Below, piece after piece: positions 30,934 to 39,941 of a stretch of 64,000 bases of DNA. Source of the stretch: Clostridia bacterium (GTDB lineage: Bacteria; Bacillota; Clostridia; Oscillospirales; CAG-382); NCBI GenBank assembly GCA_017397955.1, contig JAFQHL010000002.1, forward strand, positions 2,142 to 66,141, written 5' to 3'. The position numbers and the translations under genes were made by a program. Position 1 is the stretch's first letter. The number at the start of each line of letters is the position of its first letter. The notes beneath the pieces were generated by a model. It worked only from the letters and a program-made list of their open reading frames with translations, was not told the origin of the DNA and ran no database searches.

Positions 30934-31734
30934 TTATACTGCAAACATCTCAAATTTAAGGAAGTCCATATAATCCTTGCACTTAAATCCAACGGTGTTG
31001 GCATCTATCTGATAAGCGCCGGGGTAGAAGGATGCGCGGTATGCGGACTGATGACGCTTGAACGCCACTTCCACTTCAAACTCTTTAGGGAGCGTTATGT
31101 GGCAGTCCTTAAGGTCGCCGTTTAGTGCCTTTTCTGCCGCTTCTTCCATCAGCTCGCAGGCTTTTTGAGGATGGATAGACAGGGAGCAGTTACCTCTGCC
31201 TTCGCTAACGGGTACGGTTGTAAGCCCGCTTATATGCTCCTTAGCTGCAAGGCAAAGCCCTTTGTCGCCCGTAAGCATTGCTACGGGAACACCGAAATAC
31301 TCGGCAATATAAGAGTTCATAAGAAACTCGCTGGTGGTAAGCCCGTTTATTTTGTAGGAATAGATATTGCCCGTCATGGTGTGGGACAGGGGATTACTGC
31401 CCGTGCCTGCGGCATTGTGGTATCCCGTGAAGATAACCGCATCAAAGCTTTCGTCAATACCCGTCATCATGGAGAAGGGGTCACGGCTCCAGGAACGGAT
31501 AATCTTAACCTCTTTGGGGAGCTTGTCGGGGTAAAGGTTGCGTGCGCTGTCGTGAGCATCCTTTATAACTATCTCATCAAAGCCTGCCTTTAAAGCACCT
31601 CTGCAAACCGCGGCAACCTCTGCCGTCATCTGGTTGCGGAAATAATCACTGTAGGCGTTGCCAACCTCTGTTTCCTGCCAATCAACTATGCCGCAGGTAC
31701 CTTCAATATCCGCACTTATAAAAAGCTTTTTCAT
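30934..31734 (-). CDS. M55-family D-aminopeptidase (DppA-like)
   Basis: MKKLFISADIEGTCGIVDW..., VIKDAHDS and FTGYHNAAGT align by eye with B. subtilis DppA. Confidence 0.8.
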   Translation of the reverse strand: MKKLFISADIEGTCGIVDWQETEVGNAYSDYFRNQMTAEVAAVCRGALKAGFDEIVIKDAHDSARNLYPDKLPKEVKIIRSWSRDPFSMMTGIDESFDAVIFTGYHNAAGTGSNPLSHTMTGNIYSYKINGLTTSEFLMNSYIAEYFGVPVAMLTGDKGLCLAAKEHISGLTTVPVSEGRGNCSLSIHPQKACELMEEAAEKALNGDLKDCHITLPKEFEVEVAFKRHQSAYRASFYPGAYQIDANTVGFKCKDYMDFLKFEMFAV

Positions 31735-34700
31735 TGACCGTAGCCCTCCTCGGTAAGTCTCTTGTACTGCAATTCAACCTGACTCATAAGATATACCCAC
31801 ATATCGCCGTCGTGAACAAAGCTGTCGCTTGCGCTGGAGTAACGCATCTGCATGGGGCAGTTCTTCTTGTCGGGTGCAAAGTCCCAATGTTGCTTGATGC
31901 CGTCCATACCGATATCGTTTTCTATCATAAGTTTTGCAACAAGGTATGCAAGGTTCTTAATGGTAACGGTGTAATCCTTCAGCCATTCTTCATAAGCCTC
32001 GCCCTGATATACATTGGGGAAACCGTTAACGCAGGTTTCAATACCGATACCGTACTTATTACCTTCGCCGTGGGTGCCGTCGCTGGCGTGCCATGCGCTT
32101 TCGTTATCGGGCAGGTGGTGGTAGATTTCCTTGCTGTCTACTGTATAGTGCCAGGAAACACTTCTGTCAGGCTGGTCTGCCAAGCCGTGCAGATAGGTAG
32201 CGTGCGCGGCGGCGGTAGAGCCGGGTGCATAGTTGCCCGTGTTGTGGATTACTATATACTTCTTTTTATCCACTACAATACCGGGGCGTACCGCAGAGTC
32301 CTCTGCAATGATGTCGTCAATGATTTGGGGTGTGTTAAGTGCACTGTCCACAATTATTACCTCCGTTAATACTGATATATCCTCAAAAGCAGTAACGGTT
32401 CTTGCGCCGCTTATTGGGTTGATAACCGTTATGCCTTCTTCGCTGTAGCCTGCGGCGATAAGATATTCATCGCCTTCTTTTACTATTATGGGCTGACCTT
32501 TATAAATTGCTGTCATTAGTTCGGTAAGACTATATGCATCAATATAGGCGTTAACGCCGCTCTCGCAGGAGTAACGGGCGATTGCCGCAGCACCGCCTGC
32601 ATTGATGTAGGCTGCCGCCTTTTCAAAGTCGGGCTGTCTGGTAAGAGCTTTGGCTATAAGGGTTTCAACAGCCGCAACACCGCTGTCCGTAAGCTCACCA
32701 CTTTGACCTATCTCCACAAACACGTCAACTGCTTCTTCAAATTCCGGAACATTTTCTGCCGATTCGGGTGTCAACGCGGGTGTAAGGTTAAGTGCAGAGA
32801 TGCGGGGCTTGTTTTCGCCTTCGCCGGTAAGCTCTAACTTAACGCGGAAGCTCTTTGCTTTGTAGTCGTTTTCGCTTTCCACAGCTGCAAAACCTTCGCC
32901 TTCTACATAGCCCGATTTGTCATAGTTATCTATTAGAATCCAAGGGGTGTTAACACCATTTTCCGCAACATAGGAGGCGTAAACACTAATACCGCCGTCA
33001 CCAATGTCGGAAACAGGGGTAACGTAAAGCTTTTCAAATTCACCAAGGGAGATTTCCTCGGTTACAAGGTAGCCGTAGCTCTTGTCTTTTGCCAGGGTAA
33101 TTACGCCGTTGTCAAGGGTTAAGCCCTCCCAGATACCGGAGAGTACGCTTGCGGCATAGTTAACATTGTAATTGCTAAGGTAGTTTATGTGCCATACCAT
33201 TGTACCGCCTGCGCTTTCTTCGTCATCAACGCTAAGTACAAGCATACGTCTGCTGGGCAGAGTCTCATAAAATTCGGCAAGGCTCTTTTCGCCGCCGAAG
33301 AATCCGCTGTTCACTGCGTGCTCACATTCATTGATGGTCTCAAGCACAAATTTGTAATGGTCTTTAAATGACCTTGCAGAAAGTTCACGCATAGTAGCCT
33401 TTTCATACGCACTGGCGGTGTTACTGCTTTTGGCATAGTACGCCGTATCGGTAACGAAGGTGCCTCTCACGTATTCGCCTTGTGGCGCGAAAAACCTAAA
33501 GTCTTCAAGGTCCGCCGGCTCTTCGGATACAGGAGCCGCCTCATAAACGCAAACCTCAGTAATGCTCATATATCCCACGTCGCCAATGAAAACAAAACGT
33601 ACGTATCTTGCAGAAACACCGTCCTCAAAGGATTTTGTATAGCTTTGGTAAACGCCTGTGTCTGCCTTTTTGACAACTGTACTGCCGCTTGCTTCAGTAT
33701 AGTTTTCGCCGTCCGCGCTGATATAGAGCTTGAAATCATCGCCGCTCAGTCCCTTGTGGGTGGTTCCGTTATATGCGATACCCTCCATAGCAACACGGTC
33801 AAACTCTTTTTCCTCACCTAAATCCACGGTTATGTAATGCTCTCTGTTGCAAGCACTTAAGACAATGCCAATCTCACTTTCCGCCGCGCCTTTGCCGTCA
33901 TCGTTAACGCCGTCGGTCAACTTAACGCCGTCATCTTTAAAAGAAGAGAACATATAGGAAGGTGCGTTGCCGTCTGCAAGGCTTACGCTGTATTCTTTGT
34001 TAAGTGCTATGTTAGGTGCAACCTCTACTTCCGTACTTCCTGCGGGAAGCTTGCTGTTATTATAAAGGTTTTCACCGGCAACAAGCATTTTGTCACCGTT
34101 AAAGCCGTAAAGAGCCGCAAGGGTAGGGAATATGTCATATATTGTGGCAAAACTCTTAACCTCGCCGGCAGCAATCCCCTTACCGCGTATGATAAAGGGA
34201 GTTCTGTATGCCTGGTCGTAACTGAAACTTACGGGGAACAATTCGGGATATTCTTTTGCAAAGGCGGCAAACTTGCCGTCAAGCTTGGGCGCGGTACCGT
34301 ATATAACCACGGTAGGTGCTTTGTCACCCAGCTTGTCTATCTCATCAAGCATCGCGCCGATGGTGCTGTCAAGGCTTGCCGCACAGCAAATATAGCTGTT
34401 AAGACTGCGATTGCCTTCAATAGCAACACCTTCCGTGCTGAGGGGAATGTAGGGATACTCTATCCCTCCCACTTCCATAAAGATGAAGTCTTTCTTGCCG
34501 TTATCTGCGGAAAAACCGAAAAGTTCGGGGAGAATTTGTGCATCAAACATGGAAGAACTAAGCTTTTGCTCATCATAGCTCTCCTCACTTTCGGGCAAAC
34601 CGTATATATCGGTAAGTCCCTTGCTTATACCCAAAGCGGAGGCAAGCTCCTTTGAGCAGCTTGTTTCGGCACGTTCTGTACCGCCTGCGTAAACGTCATA

Positions 34701-35162
34701 GCCGTTTTCGGCAAACATATTAGCAAGGCTGTAATAGTGGACCTCTGACTTTATGCCTTCAATAGGTGCGTAAAGGGACGTCAATGCGGAATATACGCCT
34801 TCTTCCGTGCCCTGCTGTGCATAGAAATTACTGTAATATGCGCCCTTTTCCGCAAAGGCGCTCAGCTTGGGCATAGCACCTGCCGCCATGGCAAATGCTG
34901 CGGTGTTGTTAAGCTGAATCAGCACAACGTCACCTTCAAGCACAGGTGCGCCTTCGTCAATGTCGTAGCCTGTGTTAAGTTTTTTTACATACCCGTCGCT
35001 TGTTGTGTTATTATCCGTGCTTTCCTCGGCGCTGTCACCGCTGTCGGCACTGTTGGCAGGTGCTTTGGAGTTATCTTTGCCGTCATCGTTACTGCAAGCA
35101 ACGGTTAAAAGGAACAGGGAAGCCAACAGCAAAGCCAAAAGTCTTTTTGCAAGCGTTTTCAT
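31731..35162 (-). CDS. Large multidomain lipoprotein: sulfatase/alkaline-phosphatase-like N-domain, F5/8 type C (discoidin) domain, C39-like domain, C-terminal N-acetylmuramoyl-L-alanine amidase (amidase_2)
   Basis: Lipobox LLTVACS. YVRFVFIGDVGYMSITEVCVYE is discoidin-like. The C-terminus KKYIVIHNTGN...VSWHYTVD...AWHASDG...GIGIETC is amidase_2/PGRP-like. ATGA overlap with the downstream M55 gene. Confidence 0.7.
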   Translation of the reverse strand: MKTLAKRLLALLLASLFLLTVACSNDDGKDNSKAPANSADSGDSAEESTDNNTTSDGYVKKLNTGYDIDEGAPVLEGDVVLIQLNNTAAFAMAAGAMPKLSAFAEKGAYYSNFYAQQGTEEGVYSALTSLYAPIEGIKSEVHYYSLANMFAENGYDVYAGGTERAETSCSKELASALGISKGLTDIYGLPESEESYDEQKLSSSMFDAQILPELFGFSADNGKKDFIFMEVGGIEYPYIPLSTEGVAIEGNRSLNSYICCAASLDSTIGAMLDEIDKLGDKAPTVVIYGTAPKLDGKFAAFAKEYPELFPVSFSYDQAYRTPFIIRGKGIAAGEVKSFATIYDIFPTLAALYGFNGDKMLVAGENLYNNSKLPAGSTEVEVAPNIALNKEYSVSLADGNAPSYMFSSFKDDGVKLTDGVNDDGKGAAESEIGIVLSACNREHYITVDLGEEKEFDRVAMEGIAYNGTTHKGLSGDDFKLYISADGENYTEASGSTVVKKADTGVYQSYTKSFEDGVSARYVRFVFIGDVGYMSITEVCVYEAAPVSEEPADLEDFRFFAPQGEYVRGTFVTDTAYYAKSSNTASAYEKATMRELSARSFKDHYKFVLETINECEHAVNSGFFGGEKSLAEFYETLPSRRMLVLSVDDEESAGGTMVWHINYLSNYNVNYAASVLSGIWEGLTLDNGVITLAKDKSYGYLVTEEISLGEFEKLYVTPVSDIGDGGISVYASYVAENGVNTPWILIDNYDKSGYVEGEGFAAVESENDYKAKSFRVKLELTGEGENKPRISALNLTPALTPESAENVPEFEEAVDVFVEIGQSGELTDSGVAAVETLIAKALTRQPDFEKAAAYINAGGAAAIARYSCESGVNAYIDAYSLTELMTAIYKGQPIIVKEGDEYLIAAGYSEEGITVINPISGARTVTAFEDISVLTEVIIVDSALNTPQIIDDIIAEDSAVRPGIVVDKKKYIVIHNTGNYAPGSTAAAHATYLHGLADQPDRSVSWHYTVDSKEIYHHLPDNESAWHASDGTHGEGNKYGIGIETCVNGFPNVYQGEAYEEWLKDYTVTIKNLAYLVAKLMIENDIGMDGIKQHWDFAPDKKNCPMQMRYSSASDSFVHDGDMWVYLMSQVELQYKRLTEEGYGQ

Positions 35163-35182
35163 AGGATGCTACCTCCGTAATT

Positions 35183-36103
35183 TTATTTTTCCGTAATAAG
35201 TAAAGCGGGACCAACCGCAATGTTTGTGCCGTACATATTATTTTCGCACAGTAAGCCAAGCTCGCTACCACTGTCAAAACTGACACCTACGCTGCAACCG
35301 CTGCCTATTAACAGCTTGCTAAGCTGGTCTGTATCAATATTCTCGCCGTAAACTATGCAAAGCTTACTGCCGTCTGCATAAAAGCCGCCGCCTGTACGTG
35401 TGGTCTTTTCCGTGTGTATAGAGCCTGCAACGGAAACAGCCTTGCCGTTAAGCGCTATTATGTGTGCGGCAGAAACCATTTCGCTAACATTGTTGCGATA
35501 TATTTCGGTATATTCGCTGTAGGTGCAGGCAAAAGGTGTTCCGTCCTCATAAAGACCAAAAAATACACTGCCGTCGTTACCTTTTGCTGTGTACAAAAGC
35601 TTACCACCCGTTATAAGCATACCCTTTGGTATGTTGGTTGCCTTGTTGACCTCATTAGTGGCAATGGCGGCAACAGCTTTTATACCGTTCTTTTCCGCCA
35701 GCTGTTTTTGCCCTAAAAGGCTTTGAAGTGTGCCGTCAGGCGCAAGACCGTAGGGGGTAGAGGTTTTAATACTGAACTTATCAAGCTCTGCCGTGAGTAT
35801 ATAAACGTTGCTTTCGCCAAAACTAAGACTTCTAAGCTTAAGACCTTCTTTTATTGTTTCCGTGCTGTCGCTGTCAAAACCGTCACATACAGCTTCCATT
35901 GCCGCTTTGGCATCCTTTTCACTTACCGCTGTGTAATGAGGAAGCTTACCGTTGCCGTCTGCCTCCGATGTTATTTCACCGCCAAGCTGTGGTAACATAT
36001 CTGTGTTCCCGCCCTCGGTGCCGCTTTCGCCGTTATTGCCTTTACCGCAGGCGCAAAGCAATAAAGCACCGACCGTAAAAAATATAAGTAATGTTTTTTT
36101 CAT
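35183..36103 (-). CDS. Lipoprotein, possibly phosphodiester-glycosidase (NAGPA/DUF2233)-like
   Basis: MKKTLLIFFTVGALLLCACG lipobox (ATG at 36103; the track start at 36124 is a GTG without an RBS). The functional guess is weak. Confidence 0.5.
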   Translation of the reverse strand: MKKTLLIFFTVGALLLCACGKGNNGESGTEGGNTDMLPQLGGEITSEADGNGKLPHYTAVSEKDAKAAMEAVCDGFDSDSTETIKEGLKLRSLSFGESNVYILTAELDKFSIKTSTPYGLAPDGTLQSLLGQKQLAEKNGIKAVAAIATNEVNKATNIPKGMLITGGKLLYTAKGNDGSVFFGLYEDGTPFACTYSEYTEIYRNNVSEMVSAAHIIALNGKAVSVAGSIHTEKTTRTGGGFYADGSKLCIVYGENIDTDQLSKLLIGSGCSVGVSFDSGSELGLLCENNMYGTNIAVGPALLITEK

Positions 36104-36143
36104 CCTTGTTCTGTAACCTTTCACATTTAGTTTTCAGTATTTA

Positions 36144-37067
36144 CTACCAATCTTCGTTGTCCAAATCAGGGAACTCAATTATATTGGTATATTCTTTAAA
36201 TCCGGCGGGAATTTCAAAATAAAGCACCGCATCTTCGGGAAATTCGCTGGTAAAGGCTTCGTAGCTTGTTATTTCAACAATCTCGTTGGTTGCTGTATCA
36301 TATCTTTCATATCCTGCAAGACTTTCATCCTCGTAAAAATAATATCGTATCCATTCGGTATCGTTCTCTGTGTAATCTTCATAGTCAAGCTCTTTGCCCA
36401 AAAATTTGTCTTTACCAGTGCTGGAGCATTTGGTGTAATTCCCCAAATACAAAATTTCATCCGCTGTATATGTGTGAGGTGCAAGTAGGGTATAGGTCTG
36501 CTCCTCAAAATCAAAACCGTAAAGTTGTTTACCGTCGCTGTAATAATGCAAATGCTCTCCGTTAACCTCTTGATGCAGATATATCTTCAGGCCGTTAAAA
36601 GCATATTCAATTACGTGGGTAGTATAACCTTGGGGCGAAAGCGTGTGTTGCTTTGTGCGTATGTACAAGTGATATTTGTCCACATAATCAAAAACGCGGT
36701 AAAGCTTTGTTTCTTCGTAGGGTATCTCCACATTTTCTTCAGGTCTGCTCTGCGCTTCGTACCCCGGCACTGTATCAGATTCGGTATTATCTTTTCCACC
36801 GCCGTGAATACTGCCGCCGTTGTCTATGATACCGCCCCATTGTGAGCTGTTTCCTTCGGGGGAAGAGGCAGGGTCGTTATTAGCATTATCTTGGCTTTGG
36901 TCAGCGGCACTGCTGTAGGTATCTTCGTTACGACCATCCGCTGTGCTTTCATTGTCCTTGCCATCCTTGGAGCAACCCGTTAAAAGGGTCGCAAAAACAA
37001 GCAAAGCACAAGTAGCTTTAAGAATTGTTCTTGTGTTTTTATTGGTTTTAAAAAGATTTTGTTTCAT
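36144..37067 (-). CDS. Lipoprotein of unknown function
   Basis: Signal ...ATCALLVFATLLTGCSKDG. Low-complexity linker followed by a Tyr/Glu-rich globular domain. Confidence 0.65.
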   Translation of the reverse strand: MKQNLFKTNKNTRTILKATCALLVFATLLTGCSKDGKDNESTADGRNEDTYSSAADQSQDNANNDPASSPEGNSSQWGGIIDNGGSIHGGGKDNTESDTVPGYEAQSRPEENVEIPYEETKLYRVFDYVDKYHLYIRTKQHTLSPQGYTTHVIEYAFNGLKIYLHQEVNGEHLHYYSDGKQLYGFDFEEQTYTLLAPHTYTADEILYLGNYTKCSSTGKDKFLGKELDYEDYTENDTEWIRYYFYEDESLAGYERYDTATNEIVEITSYEAFTSEFPEDAVLYFEIPAGFKEYTNIIEFPDLDNEDW

Positions 37068-37272
37068 TTGTGTTACTCCTTAACATATCTACCTATGTAT
37101 TTTAATATTATTTAATGCTTTTGTCAATACGCCCACTATTAAAACTAATAGCATTTTGTTATTTTGGGTATACTTCAGTAAAGCGTTTTAGTGCGTTAGC
37201 AATCATAATAAACAAATATGCACCGTTACTTTGCCCTAAAAAACCATTTTTACCAAAACTTAAAAAAAGGAC

Positions 37273-37301
37273 TTGACAAAGCAAATAACCGTGAGTATAA
37301 T
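37273..37301 (+). promoter_or_regulatory. Consensus sigma-A promoter
   Basis: TTGACA (37273-37278), 17 nt, TATAAT (37296-37301). Confidence 0.6.
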
Positions 37302-37338
37302 GTTTACAGAAAATATTTTTTATACAAGGAGAAAAAAC

Positions 37339-38388
37339 ATGAAAAAGCTTTTAGTTATGCTTCTGGCAGTGTCTATGGTTCTTACCATGGCATTCTCTTT
37401 CGCAGCTTGTGGTGGCGAAGAAGAAGGTACTTCTTCCGAAGCTTCCTCTCAGGCTCCCGCTGAATCTTCTAAGGAAGACGTTTCTGTTGAATCTTCTGAA
37501 GTAGTTGAATCTTCTGACGCTTCTGTTGAAACCTCCGAAGTTGATGAATCCTCTGATGCTTCTGCTGAAACCTCTGAAGTATCTGAATCTTCTGATGAAT
37601 CCGCTGAATCTTCTGAAGCTTCCGCTGAATCTTCTGAAGTTTCCGCTGAATCCTCTGAAGCTCCCGTTGAATCTTCTGAAGCTCCCGTTGAATCTTCTGA
37701 AGAAGTTCCCAGCGAATCTGAAACCGAATCCGAACCCGAAGAAGACAACAATAATAACGGTACCGGTTCTCCCGTAGTAGTTCCCGCTGGCAAGACCAAC
37801 TATGCTGCAGGCGCTTCCTACACCATCTCCAAGAACCTTATCCCCGTTGACCCCGCTGTTGACGCTGCATCTCTCTTCCTCGCAGATGCTTCCGGCGCTA
37901 CCACCTATGAACTTTGGGGCGATGTTGCTCTTAAGAAGCTCACTGACGGTATCACCGCAGCTGGTAAGGATATGGGCTCTAACGGCTCTCTCGAAGGCGT
38001 TACCGTTACCTTCGTTGGTACCAACGCAATCTTCGAATATATCATCGACCTTGGCGAAACCAAGACTGACATCGGTTCCGTTGTATTCTGCGGTGTCCGT
38101 GATGGTTTTGTAAACGAAAACAACCGTGGCTTCGCAGTTGAAACCACTATGATTTATGTAAGCGATACTCTCGGTACTTGGGGTTCCAAGCTCGACGCTA
38201 CCTTCTCCAAGGAAGAATTGGCTGACGCTCCCCTCATCAAGCACCAGAAGAACGAAGACAGTGAAAATGTAGAAAACTACACTTACACCTTCTCTCTCGC
38301 TTCCGCAGCTTCCGGCAGATACGTAAGAATTCTTACTTCTTCTCCCGTATATTGCCTCCAGTTCGACGAAATCATGGTTCTCAACTAA
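37339..38388 (+). CDS. Lipoprotein with acidic Ser/Glu tandem-repeat linker and C-terminal beta-sandwich-like domain
   Basis: ATG at 37339 after AGGAG. MKKLLVMLLAVSMVLTMAFSFAACGG. Repeats ESS(E/D)xSxE. C-terminus ...GRYVRILTSSPVYCLQFDEIMVLN. Confidence 0.75.
   Translation: MKKLLVMLLAVSMVLTMAFSFAACGGEEEGTSSEASSQAPAESSKEDVSVESSEVVESSDASVETSEVDESSDASAETSEVSESSDESAESSEASAESSEVSAESSEAPVESSEAPVESSEEVPSESETESEPEEDNNNNGTGSPVVVPAGKTNYAAGASYTISKNLIPVDPAVDAASLFLADASGATTYELWGDVALKKLTDGITAAGKDMGSNGSLEGVTVTFVGTNAIFEYIIDLGETKTDIGSVVFCGVRDGFVNENNRGFAVETTMIYVSDTLGTWGSKLDATFSKEELADAPLIKHQKNEDSENVENYTYTFSLASAASGRYVRILTSSPVYCLQFDEIMVLN
37440..37760 (+). repeat. In-frame degenerate tandem repeats (21-24 nt periodicity) encoding the Ser/Glu-rich linker
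   Basis: Recurrent gaatcttctgaagcttccgct-like units. They generate long shadow ORFs in other frames and on the other strand. Confidence 0.8.
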
Positions 38389-38420
38389 TTAAAGTTAGTT
38401 TAAGTTAAAGAATCAAACAC

Positions 38421-38453
38421 AAAGCCCGACCATAACGGTCGGGCTTCTTTTTG
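38421..38453 (+). terminator. Intrinsic terminator of lipoprotein gene
   Basis: GCCCGACC-ATAAC-GGTCGGGC followed by TTCTTTTT. Confidence 0.75.
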
Positions 38454-38460
38454 TATACGA

Positions 38461-38484
38461 AAACCCCGCCATAGTGGCGGGGTT
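38461..38484 (-). terminator. Minus-strand-oriented terminator with no annotated gene upstream of it
   Basis: AACCCCGCC-ATAGT-GGCGGGGTT. The U-run (UUUUCG) is present only when read on the minus strand. Confidence 0.5.
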
Positions 38485-38559
38485 CAAAAGCGGTTAACCT
38501 GTGAGGGGATACGATATATGTGAAATGCTGCGTCCGTGAAGATGGGTGACGATGTGCTC

Positions 38560-38872
38560 GTAGGGCGGGGGTTTATCTCCCGCCGTCACATAGCAATTTG
38601 GTAAAACACCTCGTTTTGTAGATAAATCGTAACAATCTTTGTCGTAAAATATTTTACACGACATCAGGTTTCATGTATGCGCCGCGTGGCGGCGGGAGAT
38701 AAACTGTTTGCCCTACAGTAGTGTGTTCCGTTGCCGCATAGACGGCTGCGTTGGTGCATTCCGTTTCCGCACCGACGGTTGCGCGGTTGCGGTATGTTAC
38801 GTGGCGGCGGGAGATAAACTGTTTGCCCTACAGTAGTGTGTTCCGTTTTTGCATAGACGTCTGGTGGTGCGG
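38560..38872. repeat. Cluster of one inverted and two direct copies of a 30-75-bp repeat
   Basis: Copy 1 at 38560-38589 (GTAGGGCGGGGGTTTATCTCCCGCCGTCAC). Copies 2 and 3 in the opposite orientation at 38686-38757 and 38801-38872. The first 47 nt of copies 2 and 3 are identical. Confidence 0.8.
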
Positions 38873-39026
38873 TTGTTGGTTGAATTTTTTGTGCTAACGC
38901 CTATAACATGACGGAAAATTTATGAAAACCCATTTATGGGTAGCAGGTAACAAATACATGGCCGGCAGGCCAATACAGAGCGCACTTGTGCGTAGCCAGT
39001 AGTTTTTAGGGCTATGCCCGAAGATG

Positions 39027-39052
39027 AAAAACCGCCCGCTATGCGGGCGGAT
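39027..39052 (-). terminator. Terminator of DUF2493 gene
   Basis: CCGCCCGC-TAT-GCGGGCGG, followed by UUUUU on the minus strand. Confidence 0.7.
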
Positions 39053-39054
39053 TG

Positions 39055-39426
39055 TTATTTGTTTTTAATATATTTGATTCTTGTGGGCAATCCAAATATT
39101 CTTGCATATCTTATCATTGAGCTGGTCCCTGTGCTTTTACCGTCCCAAAAACAAATCAAATAATCACTTATTTGTGCCATTTCCTTGTTGCGAACAGGCC
39201 CCGCCCGTTTTCCGTATTTATCCCAATTTGCAGGGTGCTTTTCAACTTTTATGTTGTTTTCTGCGGCATATCTTTCCCCCAAGGTGTCTGCACCTGTACA
39301 TCCGCCGGAAACAATAATAATATCGCAATTCTTTTTTAATTCTTTTAAATACAAATCAATAAATTTTTTTGCTTCTGCATAATTGTTATAATTACGGCAT
39401 CCGGCTATGATAACTCTTTTTGTCAA
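39055..39426 (-). CDS. DUF2493 / SLOG-superfamily protein
   Basis: 123 aa. VIIAGCRNYNNY...IIVSGGCTGADTLGERYA...GPVRNKEM pattern is typical of DUF2493 proteins of phages and mobile elements. Confidence 0.7.
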   Translation of the reverse strand: MTKRVIIAGCRNYNNYAEAKKFIDLYLKELKKNCDIIIVSGGCTGADTLGERYAAENNIKVEKHPANWDKYGKRAGPVRNKEMAQISDYLICFWDGKSTGTSSMIRYARIFGLPTRIKYIKNK

Positions 39427-39544
39427 TATACCGCCTCTTTTTCTTTTAATAACACACGTATTTTAACCTAGTTCAGGTTAAAAGTCAATACCCTGTTTCA
39501 GATTAAACTAATATTGTACATAAAGCAAGGGCGGAGGCATAGAT

Positions 39545-39760
39545 ATGTACAAACGGATAAGAGATTTAAGGGAAGATCGTGACCTTTCACAGGTGCAAAT
39601 ATCTAAAGTCTTGGGGATGTCACAAACCGGCTATTCCAAATACGAAACGGGAGAGAATGATATACCCACGGCTGTTCTTATAAAGCTTGCCCGTTTTTAC
39701 GGAACAAGCATTGATTATTTGCTTGGCGAAACGGATTGTCCCGACAGATATAAGGGGTAA
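39545..39760 (+). CDS. XRE-family helix-turn-helix transcriptional regulator
   Basis: 71 aa. MYKRIRDLREDRDLSQVQISKVLGMSQTGYSKYETGENDIP is a Cro/C1 HTH. Confidence 0.85.
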   Translation: MYKRIRDLREDRDLSQVQISKVLGMSQTGYSKYETGENDIPTAVLIKLARFYGTSIDYLLGETDCPDRYKG

Positions 39761-39819
39761 CGGTGCCTGCAGAGGGCGGCGTTTCCAACCGTTCAGCCAT
39801 AGAACAACATTATAAAACC

Positions 39820-39866
39820 AAACGGCAGGGGATGTTTTTTGTAACAAATCCTGCCGTTTATTTGTA
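39820..39866. terminator. Bidirectional terminator between XRE gene and lipoprotein gene
   Basis: AAACGGCAGG (39820-39829) pairs with CCTGCCGTTT (39850-39859). T-rich tracts on both strands. Confidence 0.55.
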
Positions 39867-39941
39867 TCTCTACTTACCTGTGGACGTCCAATATACACAT
39901 CCCTTGGGATGCAATTGGTGTTTTTTGCCTGTAACCGCCGA

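Noticed and set aside
30844-31125. 93-aa plus-strand ORF spanning the tandem repeats and the end of the M55 gene.
   Set aside because: It is antisense to the M55 peptidase and begins within the repeat units, with no RBS.
37351-38244. 297-aa minus-strand ORF and several 80-116-aa ORFs across the Ser/Glu repeat region.
   Set aside because: They are generated by the periodic GAA/TCT-rich repeats of the genuine plus-strand lipoprotein gene. Their products are repetitive nonsense (FRRFNGS...).
38560-38872. Possible CRISPR array.
   Set aside because: There are only two direct copies, with a 115-bp period and a repeat of 47 nt or more, plus one inverted copy. No cas genes are present, so the geometry is not CRISPR-like.
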